Both the position numbers and the translations under genes were made by a program. The notes beneath the pieces were generated by a model. The model was not told the DNA's origin. It searched no databases and worked only from the letters and a program-made list of their open reading frames with translations. Shown in pieces: positions 13,201 through 25,683 of a stretch of DNA of 64,000 bases. The stretch lies in the NCBI GenBank assembly GCA_951406725.2, contig OX597823.1, positions 23,436,001 through 23,500,000 on the forward strand. Reading direction: 5' to 3'. The stretch is from Octopus vulgaris (taxonomy: Eukaryota). Positions within the stretch are counted from its first letter, which is position 1. Every line of letters begins with the position of its first letter.

Positions 13201-13899
13201 TTATCAAACGTATCAAAATTGGTTAAGTACTAATGCATGAGACTTTCAGACCATGGGCCACTTTGTAACTTTTGCTGATGAAATAATATACAGGGTGGGC
13301 CAACAGTGATGCACCAAAACATTTGGAATTTTGGCAGAATTATTAGCACACCAAGTGAAATGCTTAGCAATATTTCGTCTACCACTACATTCTGAATTCA
13401 AATTCTGTCAAGATCAACTTTGCTTTCATCCTGTTGGGGTCAATGAATTAAGTACCAGTTGAACACTGGGATCAATGTAATCAGCACATCTATTCCCCTA
13501 AAATGGTTTTCCTTGTAGCAAACATCCTTTGCCCTTGTAGCAAATAAATGAAATCATTATTATTATTATTATTATTACAGAGTAAGCTGGCAGAATCATT
13601 GGGCTGATTAGCATGCTTAGCGGTATTTTGTCTGTTTCATATTCTGAGTTCAAATTCTGCTGAGGTCAACTTTGCTTTTCATCCTTTCAGGGTCGATAAA
13701 TGAAGTACTAGTGAAATACTGGGGTCAATGTAATTGACTAGTAGTCCCCTCCCCGCAAATTTCAGGCCTTGTACTTTTAGTAGAAAGGATTATTATCATT
13801 ATTTTTGTTTTTTAGTTTTTTTGTTTTTTTATCTTTTTTTTTATTTTGTGTGTCACACTTTTCTATTGTCCCCCATGTCTTGAGTCCTTGTGGCCAATA

Positions 13900-13918
13900 A
13901 AAGATATCATTATTATTA

Positions 13919-13995
<77 letters not shown>

Positions 13996-15154
13996 TTATT
14001 TTTATTGTTATTATTATTATTGAGTGAGAGAGCAGTGTATGCCATCAAAGTGACACTGGGGTAAAATATATGAAACCCAGTATACCCATCATGACTACCC
14101 GTCTGATAAGAGAACACCAGGCACATGCATCACCACCATATGTGCACAACATGGTGATCTCATATCAAGATAAACAGTGCATGATCTTGCAGGTATGGCC
14201 CAGTTAGAATTTTCTTCCTGCTCAAAAGGTCCCTGAATAAGGGTTGTTTAATGATGTTGAACGAAACACTCATGTTTCCAGAGGTGAATTACCTAAACCC
14301 CAAAGAATTCTCTCAACACATGACTATGATGCTCCCCCACTACTTCTGCTCATGATCAGAGCTGCACATATCATCAGCCATTAAGGGACATGCTCAACTG
14401 TTAAGGTCAAGCAACTGACAATCAAATCTGAGGTACTGAGCAGAATATTTGCTGATGTCCATCTTTTATACCAAGACAAAACAATGTATATAATAACACT
14501 TCTAATCAGTTAAGATCAGAAGCTATGAGAACCACTGCCTGGTTATTATTATCATTATCATTATTGTTATCATTATTATTATTATTATTATTGAGTGAGA
14601 GAGCAGTGCATGCCATTAAAGTGACACTGGGGTAAAATATACGAAGCCCAGTATACCCATCATGACTACCCGTCTGATAAGGGTACACCAGGCACATGCA
14701 TCACAACCATATGTGCGCGACATGATGATCTCATATCAAGATAAACAGCACATGACCTTGTAGGTGCGGCCCAGTTAGAATTTTCTTCTGGTCAAGTAAC
14801 CCATCCTGCTCAAAAGGTCCCTGAGTAAGGGTTGTTTAAGGATGTTGAATGAAACACCCATGTTTCCAGAGGTGAATTATTCAAACCCCAAAGAATTCCT
14901 CTCAACACATGGCTATGATACTCCCCCACTACTTCTGCTCATGATCAGAGATGCACATATCATCAGCCACTAAGGGACATGCTCAACTGGTTAAGGTCAA
15001 ACAACTGACAAGCAAATCTGAGGTATTGAGCAGAATATTTGCTGATGTCCATCTTTTATACCAAGACAAAACAATGTACATGATAACACTTCCAATCAGT
15101 TAAGATCAGAAGCCATGAGAACCACTGCCTGGTACTGCATCAGGGCATTTATTA

Positions 15155-15194
<40 letters not shown>

Positions 15195-15199
15195 CATCA

Positions 15200-15270
<71 letters not shown>
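13900..15270. mobile_element. Two tandem full copies of the ~560-bp element separated and flanked by (TTA)n
   Basis: Direct repeats ~14020-14545 and ~14590-15150 embedded in TTA tracts. Confidence 0.85.
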
Positions 15271-15563
15271 TAGTTTTATTTTTATAGCGTGCTTTCACTT
15301 CGCTACCGAGCGCAGCTCTGTGTGCCTTGGTATGTGCTGTGATTTGTTGTGATGCTCTGATGGTTATTGTATGGAAAGTGTTCTGCGTAGGATGTGTCAG
15401 TGCCTAGTAGTGCAATTTTCTGTATGTTATATGTGTTTGTAAGTCCTGGTGTTTTTGTTATGTATTTGTCTGAATATTTTTTTATCATGCCTAATGCACC
15501 TACTATGATAGGAATTGTTTCTGTTTTCAGATTCCACATTCTAGTTACCTCTATTTCCAGGTC
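15268..15563 (-). mobile_element. 5'-truncated R4/Dong-like LINE 3' end inserted in (TAA)n
   Basis: ORF 15303-15539(-): MWNLKTETIPIIVGALGMIKK..IQKIALLGT, typical of the restriction-like endonuclease C-terminus; (TTA)n on both sides. Confidence 0.8.
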
Positions 15564-15633
<70 letters not shown>

Positions 15634-16613
15634 CATTATTTAATAGATATTTTAGAATATCAGATAACTGATATTTTAAATAGTATCATAGAAAACCATC
15701 TGGTTTATTATTTAATAGATTGATAATATATTTTGAAAACATAGTCCATTTGCAAAATCACATTTCATCTAACCCATCCTTTTCTGAATTTATGTGACTT
15801 CTAGAACATCATGAGAAAGATGTAAAGCCTTTCTTCAATATTTAATTTATATATAATCCATTTGTACATCCCTCTTTATATGGTTTGTTTTTGTTTAACA
15901 TTGAATGGTTATAATACCAGTAGACATTTTGATTGACTTCCCATTTAAGGAAGTTTCAACCCTACAAAGGCATACCATTCTGATGGAGGATATACTAATG
16001 GAGTATCTGTAATCAATAGTAGGATTGGCATAAACAGGTAGACTGTATTGGGCCATATATGATGTTGTTGTTTGTTTCTTCTTTGAGTCATGCCTGGCTT
16101 ATAAGGGCTAGTTTCCTGGGTTCATTGGCGTATAAGTTCCCCACCTGGATGGGACGCTGGTCCATCACAGGTGAGCTGCTAGATGCTGGAGGAAAGAGTG
16201 AGAGAAAGAAAGAGTCAGAAGAAGTTCACCATTACCTTCTGCTGGAGCCACGTGGAGCTTAGGTGTTTCACTAATAAACACACACATCATCTGGTCTGAG
16301 ATTCGAACCCATGATCCCTCAACTGTGAGTCCACTGCTCTAACCACTAGACCATGTGCCTCCACATTGCACCAGATATAGTTTGCTTAAATACTAAAGAG
16401 TTGAGTCTCAAGATGTACTACAACTCACAAGAATGCTGATGAGGGTGTCAATTTGTAAATCAAATATTTGTTTTTAGTAAATTTTCCATTTAAAAATCAT
16501 GCACTACAAGCATTATAATATTTAATGTATGTATATGGTGTGGTGTGTATATGTATGTCTTACTGACTTTGTGTATGAGTATACAATATATTTCTTGTTT
16601 TCTTTTTTTCCAG

Positions 16614-16850
16614 CTGATGATGATGATGTTAATAGATTTAAAGCAACTTCTGTACCAAAGCAAAGTACTATTGGACGGCTTAAAGGTGTGAAATTAAAGG
16701 AATGTCTTCATGCTTGCCAACTTTATCCAGGATGCTTATCTTTTGCGTACAATGAGGATTTTACATTGTGTAATCTGAATAATGCAAGTTCCGGAACTCA
16801 AGAACTTAAACCCAATGATAAAACTTGGGATACTTACTTCATTAACCCAA
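16614..16850 (+). CDS. Exon B1: PAN/Apple domain, type b
   Basis: tttttttccag|CT..CCAA|gtcagt; 237 nt, phase 1-1; DDDDVNRFKATSVPKQSTIGRLKGVKLKECLHACQLYPGCLSFAYNEDFTLCNLNNASSGTQELKPNDKTWDTYFINP. Confidence 0.9.
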
Positions 16851-16954
16851 GTCAGTAGCATTTTCATTTTATTAATTGTATGAGCGTTTGTGTATATTTA
16901 CATATACCTATATGTGTGTACATAACAACATATGAATATATTTAAGTAACATAC

Positions 16955-17297
16955 GTTGCCTTACTGGCGCTTGTGCTGGTGGCACGTGAAAAAACATTCA
17001 AGCGAGGTCATTGCCAGTGCTGCTGGACTGGCACCTGTGCAAGTGGCACATAAAAAGCTCCATTTGAGTGTAGCATTGCCAGTACTGCCAGACTGGCCTT
17101 CATGCCGGTGGCACGTAAAAGCACCCACTACACTCTCAGAGTGGTTGGCGTTAGGAAGAGCATCCAGCTGTAGAAACTCTGCCAGATCAGATTGGAGTCT
17201 GGTGCAACCATCTGGTTCACCAGAGCTCAGTCAAATCGTCCACCCATGCTAGCCTGGAAAGTGCACGTTAAATGATGATGATGATGATGATGATGAT
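16955..17297 (+). mobile_element. RTE 3'-end-derived repeat with (GAT)n tail
   Basis: Matches ~760-1100 (aaaagcacccactacactctc..ggttggcgttaggaag..gtcaaatcgtcc..atgatgatg). Confidence 0.8.
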
Positions 17298-17308
17298 ATA
17301 TATATATA

Positions 17309-17351
<43 letters not shown>

Positions 17352-17894
17352 AGAATTTAGAGAATGTATTTGATAAAATCTAGGTTACACATGTTATATA
17401 GCTAGCAAACCTCAGAAGTTCAGCACACACACACACACACACACACATTTATACATATATATGTACACTCACACACAAACAAGAAATTACAATAAACACA
17501 AGTTGATATCATTTGTTTCTAATTATGCTTCACCACTGAATTTCTTTGGAACCTTCCATTTAATGTTTCAAGAGAAATTGGATAATCAAGTGCAACAGAT
17601 TATCGAGGACCCTGTTAATGTAACCATGATGTTCTCATGATCTGATGAGCCAACTTTTTTTGCTTTCACATAATGCTGTCACACTCCAGATTGAGCTAAA
17701 TCTTATCTACTAATTAGCAAATGAATATAATAAGAAATTCAATGAATCAAAATTTCAGGTTCTTCATTATGGAGTTGACATGCACAAAACTTATTAGACA
17801 TCAGAAAACCAATTATTGAAAGCTCAAAAAAATATACTAGACTTAGGAGTAATCATGTCAAATGCTGCATCTTTCATCAGACATCAACTTGATC

Positions 17895-18280
17895 TTTTGC
17901 TAACCAACCACATGGTTCCGGGTTCAGTCCCACTGCGTGGCATCTTGGGCAAGTGTCTTCTGCTATAGCCCTGGGCCGACCAATGCCTTGTGAGTGGATT
18001 TGGTAGACGGAAACTGAAAGAAGCCTGTCGTATATATGTATATATATATATATGTATGTTTGTGTGTCTGTGTTTGTCTCCCTAGCATTGCTTGACAACC
18101 GATGCTGGTGTGTTTACGTCCCCGTCACTTAGCGGTTCGGCAAAAGAGACCGATAGAATAAGTACTGGGCTTACAAAGAATAAGTCCCGGGGTTGATTTG
18201 CTCGACTAAAGGCGGTGCTCCAGCATGGCCTCAGTCAAATGACTGAAACAAGTAAAAGAGTAAAAGAGTAAAAGAGAGTA
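17895..18280 (+). mobile_element. tRNA-derived SINE, 5'-truncated, with internal (TA)/(TG) tract and (GAGTAAAA)n tail
   Basis: ggttccgggttcagtccc (B-box-like), ..ggcggtgctccagcatggcc..gtcaaatgactgaaacaagtaaaagag; fuller copy at ~23910-24330. Confidence 0.8.
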
Positions 18281-19760
18281 TCTTATTGGATGAAAACCTT
18301 CATAACTCAAGAACCAGTAGTTCTGCTGACTCTATGGAAAGCCTTAGTTATGAGTATACTAGCTTACTGCTCAGAGCTTTGATCTCCATATAGACCCAGT
18401 CTCATAGAAGAAATCAAAGGGTTACAGTGAACCCTCACAAGTAAGATAACTTCTGTTAAATTACTAAGGACCTCTCAAAGCTCGACATCTCTACTCCCTT
18501 GAATGATAGAGATATGTTTTTATTTATGTATGGAGGATCCTGGATGGTCATGTTCCAAACTTCAGCATTAAAGAAAACTTTAATGCCAGACCTGGTTTCC
18601 AGATATGCCACCTTCAAAATCATGAACAAGGACACTTTATTGCAATAATCTGGTATTTAGAGAGGCCCTCAAATGTTCAACAACTTACATAAAGAAATCA
18701 GAAACATAAAAGAGACTTCTACTGAAAATAATTCAAGAAATCATTGGATGAATTCCTCACCAAAATACTGAACCAGCCAGCAATACAAGGTTACACTCAA
18801 GAAAGATCAACTGCTGCTAATTCATATAGAGACCAACTTACAGCCATAAGATTTCAACAAACCTGATAAAAAGATAGTAATGTATAAAAAAAATAAATAA
18901 AAGTAAATAAAAATATGGTAGTACTCCACTATGACTACAGTCCATCAATCAAAGCCACAAAGAGAAAAAAAAAGTAGAAAAATGTATCTACAGATTGTGT
19001 TGAGTTAAAAGTTTTGCAATATTTTGGTAAATTACTTGCTTTATTCATCAAGTTACAACAAAAGTAGCCTGGCATTCAAAATGGAGGATATTGTGTTGCA
19101 CTGTCTGAAGCCACTTTTCTGCCAGTTCTTTGATTCCATGCTGATACCAGTTCCAGTCCTTTGAGGATAAGAACTCCTTCAGGGAAACTTTCACCTCTTC
19201 TTTGTTGATGAAGCCTCACAAGCACAGGAAGCGAGCCATGGATCAGAGCAATTAATAATCTAAGAGTGTGGAATCAGTTTGATTCCCACAGTTCCTAGAG
19301 TTTATCCCGAGTTGTGCCATAACAAAGATACTTTGGACCAAAAGGAGTAGCAATCCTAGTAACAAGTATGGTGTGTGATCTGGGGATTGATATGAATAAA
19401 ACCTCATTTCATGTGCATATCACCAAGCTGGTGGCAATGTGCAGGCAAATTGCCAGATGGATTCTGAGAACTTTCAAAATGAGGTACCAGAAAACTATGT
19501 TGGTTCTATGGAGGACATTTGTCTTCAGCTGTCTGGACTACTGCTCTTAACTGTGGTCACCTCACTATCAAATTAATAGTGGAACTTGAGTTAGTTCAGC
19601 TGTGCTACATGAGAAAGATTGCATCGATAGAACAGCTGAGTTACTTGGAGAGACTGAAAGAGTTGTGACTCTACTTCTTGGAGCAAAGATGAGAGCGATA
19701 CATAATGATATATGTATGAAAGGTCCTGGATGAGTTGGCATCAAATTCTCAGCATTGACT
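18280..19760 (+). mobile_element. Two decayed CR1/L2-like LINE C-terminal fragments (~18280-18840 and ~19330-19760)
   Basis: ORF 19368-19550 ..ARWILRTFK..MLVLWRTFVFSCLDYCS, and a parallel ..YCSEL.SP / GPQMFNNL stretch in the first block. Confidence 0.65.
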
Positions 19761-20309
19761 CCTAATGGACCAGGAACTTTCCATGTTTATATATCTTTAA
19801 TTGTCTTATCTGTTATACAGCTGTCAACTAGGACAACTTGTACCTCTATTGGGTTCACATAGGGGAGACACCCGTTCTCCCATTCACTCTCCACATTTAA
19901 TAGACTTTCATAGTAGCTCTTCCATACCTTTTTCTTTCAGAATCATCATTAAATGCCAAGCATACCATTATCCAGTCTGGAAATGGAAGATATAGAAGCT
20001 TGAAGACTCAGCAAATTGACAGAAATTTAGAGATATTCTAATGGAAGCCTTTAACAAGAAGAAGGACGAGTTGGAAACATAGCTTAAAGGAAAACTGGAA
20101 GTTTCTATGGGACAACCTACTGCGGGCTACAGATTAAATCTGTAACTGATGCAAAGTTGCAGCCAGGTTGAGAATGACATCACTATAAAAGCAAAGAGAT
20201 GGGCCTGGAAAGATTGGAAATATGGTGGTAGCAGAAAATTGTATCAGGTATCCCGAAGGGAAGCTAGGTGACAGGTTTACATAGTGAAAAGAAAAGCAGG
20301 AAGTAATGT

Positions 20310-21420
20310 TGTTTGGTATGCTCCACCCTTTTCACCCAATGTTAAAACTTGCATGGGAAGAATTTTCCTTAGTTTAAGGATAAACACTTCACCCAATCAC
20401 ACATAACAGACATTTGTTTAATAGGCACAACCTGAGAATCTCGTTCAGTTGTGCACCCAGCATTAAGAAAATTTTAGTGAGTACCCCTAAGCCATGAGCA
20501 GAAGCAGTATGCTCATGTATGGTGTAAAATGACAACCAAGTGGGGATTGATGTGAAGTTTAAGGTTTGAATTGGTAGCCAGCATTGACAGCCAGAGCAAC
20601 AACCTAAGCACCAATGACACTACTAACAGCAGCAATGATGACAACAATGACAGTGGTGGCAGCAGTGCCTCAAGCAGCAGAGGCAACAATACCAATGGTC
20701 ATGATGGCAATTGCAACACTGACATTGCGGCCAGGAGTGGCCTCTACACTAGCAACACATCTTCAAGAATAACAGCACTGACAGTGACTCTAGGACAGCA
20801 TCTATGGCAATAAGAACAACATCGAACCTGGAGTTTATGAAACAAACATCAGTGATGGTGGTACATCCAATACACAAACAGTTCAACTGGGCCCCCATTT
20901 ATACAATATCTGAACAACCACAGGTCTTCTATAAGGTTACAAGAAAGGCATAACATTACATCCCTACCAGTCACGTATGGCACTTAAAAGAGAAAGGAAC
21001 ATAAGTGAAAACTCTCTGAGCAGCCAGGGGCTTATATTAATGGAAGCAGGCAATGTAAGCTTTGCTTGGCAGAGAGAGCAAGAATCCCAGAAAACTTACC
21101 TGGCATGGAGACCTTTTTAAACTCCAAGAAAGAATTATGTTGTCAATGCCCACATCTAAAACATTTCTTACTACAAACTTGGAGTTCTCCCATTCATTGT
21201 GGCAGAGCTTCAAATATCACTATGGCTGGAACATTTGCATGGTGGATAACATCATCCCACCTGTAACACTTCCTGCATGGACAAATATTTTTTGTTTACA
21301 AAACTAATTGACCTCCAGTTGTAGAGAGGTTATGCACCTTTGGGCATTTGCATCTGACAAGTCGCCTATACATCTAAGCACTTTATAGGTGTGAAACCAA
21401 TGGTCACTCTCTGACTGGTC
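20310..21420 (+). mobile_element. Decayed Penelope-like element 3' half
   Basis: NVVWYAPPFSPNVKT at ~20305, HVWHLKEK, CKLCLAE, FLNSKKELCCQCPHLKHFLL (GIY-YIG C-terminus); ends at a (TA)n tract. Confidence 0.7.
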
Positions 21421-21438
21421 ATAGCCATTAACTTACTA

Positions 21439-21476
<38 letters not shown>

Positions 21477-21563
21477 GAAGGTTGAAAAGGAGCACACAAG
21501 TTGATATATATGGAAAAAAATGTCAAGATAGAAAATGCTAAAATAATCTTATAAAAAACATTT

Positions 21564-21599
21564 CAGTACCGATTTCAGTCATTGAGACTTTTTCAACTG
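21564..21599 (-). ncRNA. Minimal type I hammerhead ribozyme motif (U3/A8 variant)
   Basis: Minus strand: CAG TTGAAAA AGTC tcaat GACT GAAA TCGG TA CTG = stem I, core, stem II, GAAA, near-palindromic stem III, GUA site. Confidence 0.6.
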
Positions 21600-21745
21600 T
21601 AAGTATGGAAAACAATTAAATTTGGAAAAATTAAAAGAATATTTGTATAGTGTTCAAATACAAGTGGTATTTTCCTTGTTTCTGTCTGTCTCTGTCTCTC
21701 TTGTTTTCTCTTGTGGGTTTGAGGTCATTGTAAATTCTTGGTAGG

Positions 21746-21873
21746 GAAGAAGAAGAAAAAGAAGAAGAAGAAGAAGAAGAAGAAGAAGAAGAAGAAGAAG
21801 AAGAAGAAGAAGAAGAAGAAGAAGAAGAAGAAGAAGAAGAAGAAGAAGAAGAAGAAGAAGAAGAAGAAGAAGA
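21746..21873. repeat. (GAA)n microsatellite, ~128 bp
   Basis: Read directly from the sequence. Confidence 0.97.
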
Positions 21874-22199
21874 ATGTGGGAGTGCCATGACAGTAGTATG
21901 TTGAATGATCAGCTGTCCTGAAAATGACCAGCTGTGGATGGTAGCAGTCACTGTTCAATTCACGAAACATCTCTTTTGAATGTTTTGTGTATAAAATTTG
22001 CGTAGGTGTTATTCTAAACAGCAATATTGATAAAGAGTTAGGAAGGAGACAAAGAAGAAGAAGAAAGAGAAGGGAGAATAAGAAGAAATGTAGGTAGTGT
22101 GAAAGTAGTAAGGTGTTAAATGTTCAAATGACTTAAAATTGGCAAGTTATGGATTATAGCAGTGATTGGGACTATTTTTTAATGAATTATTGGGAATCT

Positions 22200-23220
22200 T
22201 TTGTGTGTATCATTTTTAATATTTGCGTGTGTATTTGTGTTATTCTAAGGCCATAGTGGATATGTCGTTTGTCGTAGATGCGTTCAAAAAGGGTCTGTAT
22301 TTTGTAATAAAGAGCGTCTCGTTACTAATTCGTTGGCTCTAGGTTGTATTGTCCCTGAATTGGTAGAGGGGAAAAATTCTGAAGCTTCGATTTTTGTTAT
22401 TGGTGCAAATGTCTATATGTTGGCTGAATGCTATTTTTCTGTTTTGGGGAATTTTGATCTGGGATCTGTGCAGAGCCATTCTTTTACATAGACTGTTTTT
22501 TGCTTGGCCTATGTATTGCTCTTGACACCCAGAGCAGTGCGTATATCAGGTTCTCCAAAGCACATGTGAAGTTGCTTTTCACTGTGAAACATTGTCCATG
22601 TTTGAAGGAGAACTCTGATCCCGCAATTAAATTGTCACATATCCCACAGTTGGGTCTTCCGCATTTTTTTTATGATAGCGCATCTTTGGAGGATTAAGTT
22701 CATTCTGTGGTCCTTTTTTAGCAGGGGTATATTTTGGAGGATGGTGTCGAAGGCTTTATTTTTGAGAGGGTTGTGTGTGGAGATGTATGGTAGGGCTTTT
22801 GGTTGTAAATCTTTCTTTAATTTGGGATGTCTGAGTTACTGGATATATGTCAATTAGTGAAGGTGGGTAGTTTCTTTTAGTTCATGTAGTCGTGTGTCTC
22901 TGGTGTCTGCATTAGAAACTATAGTACATATCCTTTTTGCTAGGTTGAAGGGGATATTCATTCTGGTGTGTCTGGGGTGGCATGAGTTGAACGGTAAATA
23001 TTGCTTGAAATCCATAGGCTTATAGTATATATCTGTTTTTATTACATTGTTAGATTTCTCAATGAAGATGTCGAGGAAGGGAAGTTGTTGCTGGCTATAT
23101 TCCATCGTAAATTGAATGTTTACATCAAGTCCATTTAAAAGTGCTTGGAATTCTTTAAGTTTCTCTATATTTTCATGCCAAAGAATGAAACAGTTATCTA
23201 AGTATCTCTTCCAGAGACAG
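22200..23220 (-). mobile_element. Penelope-like element RT C-terminus and GIY-YIG (decayed)
   Basis: WKRYLDNCFILW..IQFTME...LPFLDI....TDIYYKP.D..QYL.FNSCHPRH...NIPFNLAKRICTIVS in ORF 22854-23384; downstream FTCA..NLIYAL.C....YIGQ. Confidence 0.85.
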
Positions 23221-23510
23221 TACTTTCTTGATACACCAAACATTTCAGTTGCTTTCATTATGCTAGCACCTCCCAAACGAGCACCAACAACATGACCTCT
23301 TTGAAAGTCTGATAGATCTGTCATTTTAATGAATATTAATGACCTTTTTCTGATGATATCTGAAAAGAAACAGCAATTTAGCAAAACATATTAAGCAACA
23401 CTAATAATAAATAAAAAAACATAAAAATAAACAAGAATTTGATGGTTTTATAGATATTTCAAAATTATGATGGATGCTAGGTGTTTCCATTATTTTGTCC
23501 AACCCCTCTA
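23221..23510 (-). mobile_element. Tc1/mariner left end (TIR plus transposase N-terminal helix-turn-helix)
   Basis: Minus strand ta-gaggggttggacaaaataatggaaacac (Tc1-like TIR), then MTDLSDFQRGHVVGARLGGASI..ATEMFGVSR. Confidence 0.8.
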
Positions 23511-23550
23511 CATGTATAGACATATATATATGTTTTCATGAAATATATAT

Positions 23551-23900
23551 ATCATCATCTTCCTCATCAAAATTTAACGTCTGCTTTCCATGCTAGCATG
23601 GGTTGGACGATTTGACTGAGGACTGGCGAACCAGATGGCTGCACCAGGCTCCAGTCTGATCTAGCAGAGTTTCTACAGCTGGATGCCCTTCCTAACACCA
23701 ATCACTCCGAGAGTGTAGTGGATGCTTTTACATGCCACCAGCACAAGGATGGCGTTAGGAAGGGCATCCAGCTGTAGAAACTCTGCCAAATCAGATTGGA
23801 GCCTGGTGCAGCCATCCGGTTTGCCAGTACTCAGTCAAATCGTCCAACCCATTCTAGCATGGAAAGCGGACGTTAAATGATGAGGATGATGATGATGATA
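23551..23900. repeat. Head-to-head inverted pair of RTE 3'-end repeats forming a hairpin
   Basis: ~23551-23700 is the reverse complement of ~23750-23900; outward-facing (GAT)n tails. Confidence 0.85.
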
Positions 23901-23909
23901 TACACATAT

Positions 23910-24073
23910 AGGCGCAGGAGTGGTTGTGTGGTAAGTAGCTTGCTAACCAACCACAGGGTTCCGGGTTCAGTTCCCCTGCATGGCACCTTAGGCAAGTGTC
24001 ATCTACTATAGCCTCAGGCCAACCAAAACCCTGTGAGTGGGTTTGGTAGATAGAAACTGAAAGAAGCCTGTTG

Positions 24074-24122
<49 letters not shown>

Positions 24123-24335
24123 TTGTTTGTGCATCTGTGTTTGTCCCCCACCCATTGCTTGACAACCAATATTGGTGTGTTTATGTCCCCATAACTTAGT
24201 CATTCAGCAAAAGAAACTGATATAATAAGTACTAGGCTTACAAAGAATAAGTCCTGGGGTCGATTTGTTTGACTAAACGTAGTGTTCCAGCATGGTCACA
24301 GTCAAATGACTGAAACAAAGAAAATAAAAAATAAA
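23910..24335 (+). mobile_element. Full-length tRNA-derived SINE
   Basis: ggcgcaggagtggttgtgtggtaag (A box)..ggttccgggttcagttccc (B box); same family as 17895-18280. Confidence 0.8.
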
Positions 24336-24343
24336 ATAATATA

Positions 24344-24389
<46 letters not shown>

Positions 24390-24570
24390 TTAAAAGTTAG
24401 CAAAGTTAGCAGTTGGAATAACCATCTCAGGAATAAGAATATCCATTATAAATATATATATTTATAAATGTTTGTGTAAATTTCTACCATTTCACTCAAT
24501 ATCTTTCATTCTAAATTTCTCATCCTCCTAATATACATCCACTATCTACATGAATTATGATCAATTTCAG

Positions 24571-24741
24571 ATTTTAAACCTGTTAAATGTGGACCTCCAA
24601 AAGATATTACTGGTGCATCAAAGTTATTCATGTCTACTACCTACAAATCTGTAGTGACATATACTTGCTCAAATGGAGAGAAATTTAAAGCGCAATGTGA
24701 AAAGGACAGTAAATGGTCTTTAGTACAACTTAGTTGTAAAG
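24571..24741 (+). CDS. Exon S3: Sushi/CCP-like domain
   Basis: tttcag|AT..AAAG|gtaaaa; 171 nt, phase 1-1; FKPVKCGPPKDITGASKLFMSTTYKSVVTYTCSNGEKFKAQCEKDSKWSLVQLSCK. Not present in the ORF track. Confidence 0.9.
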
Positions 24742-25443
24742 GTAAAATAAACAGATTCCCTCTTTTTGTTTTCGTCTAGGTAATTTTGTTTAATTATTTT
24801 ATGAAATATTTTTGTCACAAGAATTGCAGCCTCAATGACAATTTATATTGTGTCTGTAGCTGGTGGAGAGAGAGAGAGAGGAACTTATCTGCAGACCAGA
24901 GACGTCTCCAAATATTTGAAACAGTGTGATCACCATTTATTCTATGATCAGGTAATAGTATTATACTGGGTGACAGATTAGGTCTCACAACGAACAATTG
25001 GAAATGTGGAAACTGGTTCCCCCTGCTGTAGTTTCCATTTACTAGATTAACTTTTCAATGAGTAGCAGATGAGTGACTATCTTTCCATAAAGACACAAGA
25101 AATTTATCATTAAGTGTGTGAAATATTCACGGTTCCTGCTAGTTATCATTAATATTGTTAACATCCCCAACATTAATAATAAATTATTCTTGTTGTTAAG
25201 GGTGGTGGATTGAGAGAAGCATTTGAGCATCAGAGAAAATGTGTCATGATTTTTTGTTTTGGCTCATTACCTTTTAGTTTCAAATCCTGCCTTTCCAGAA
25301 CCAATAATATAAAGATACCAGTCTAGTGTAGTGTCCAATTTACTCAATTAATTTTAACCTCAATGTTTTAGGCTTTTAAGTTGGAAATTATTGTTGTTGT
25401 TGTTATTATTTTTCATTTGTCTACATTTTACCTTCAATTTTAG

Positions 25444-25683
25444 ATGTTCGTTCACATTTTATAAAAATAAAAGAAGCAATACTGGATGTACCTGAGAAAA
25501 CATTGTGGACAAAGAAGAAAGTAGCAGTAGACGCCTGTGCAAAACAATGTTGGTCTGACAAAAATTGTTTATCATTTGAAATTATTAAAAAAAGTGGCTA
25601 CTGTTACTTATCAAAGAAATCTGCAGCTACTGTTACGAAAATAAAATCAGACAAAAGCAGAGATTACTACCAACGAGTAAAAC
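25444..25683 (+). CDS. Exon A2: PAN/Apple domain, type a
   Basis: ttttag|AT..AAAC|gtaatt; 240 nt, phase 1-1; VRSHFIKIKEAILDVPEKTLWTKKKVAVDACAKQCWSDKNCLSFEIIKKSGYCYLSKKSAATVTKIKSDKSRDYYQRVK. Confidence 0.9.

Noticed and set aside
15080-15150. HDV-like ribozyme at the end of the 560-bp element
   Set aside because: Could not build the P1/P2/P3 nested pseudoknot by eye on either strand.
20513-20813. Ser/Asn/Asp-rich ORF
   Set aside because: Low-complexity spacer within a decayed Penelope-like element; no credible splice context.
22854-23384. 176-aa ORF fusing a Tc1 helix-turn-helix to a Penelope RT fragment
   Set aside because: Looks like a chance in-frame junction of two truncated elements; the RT motif is mutated (YLDN) and the ORF stops early.
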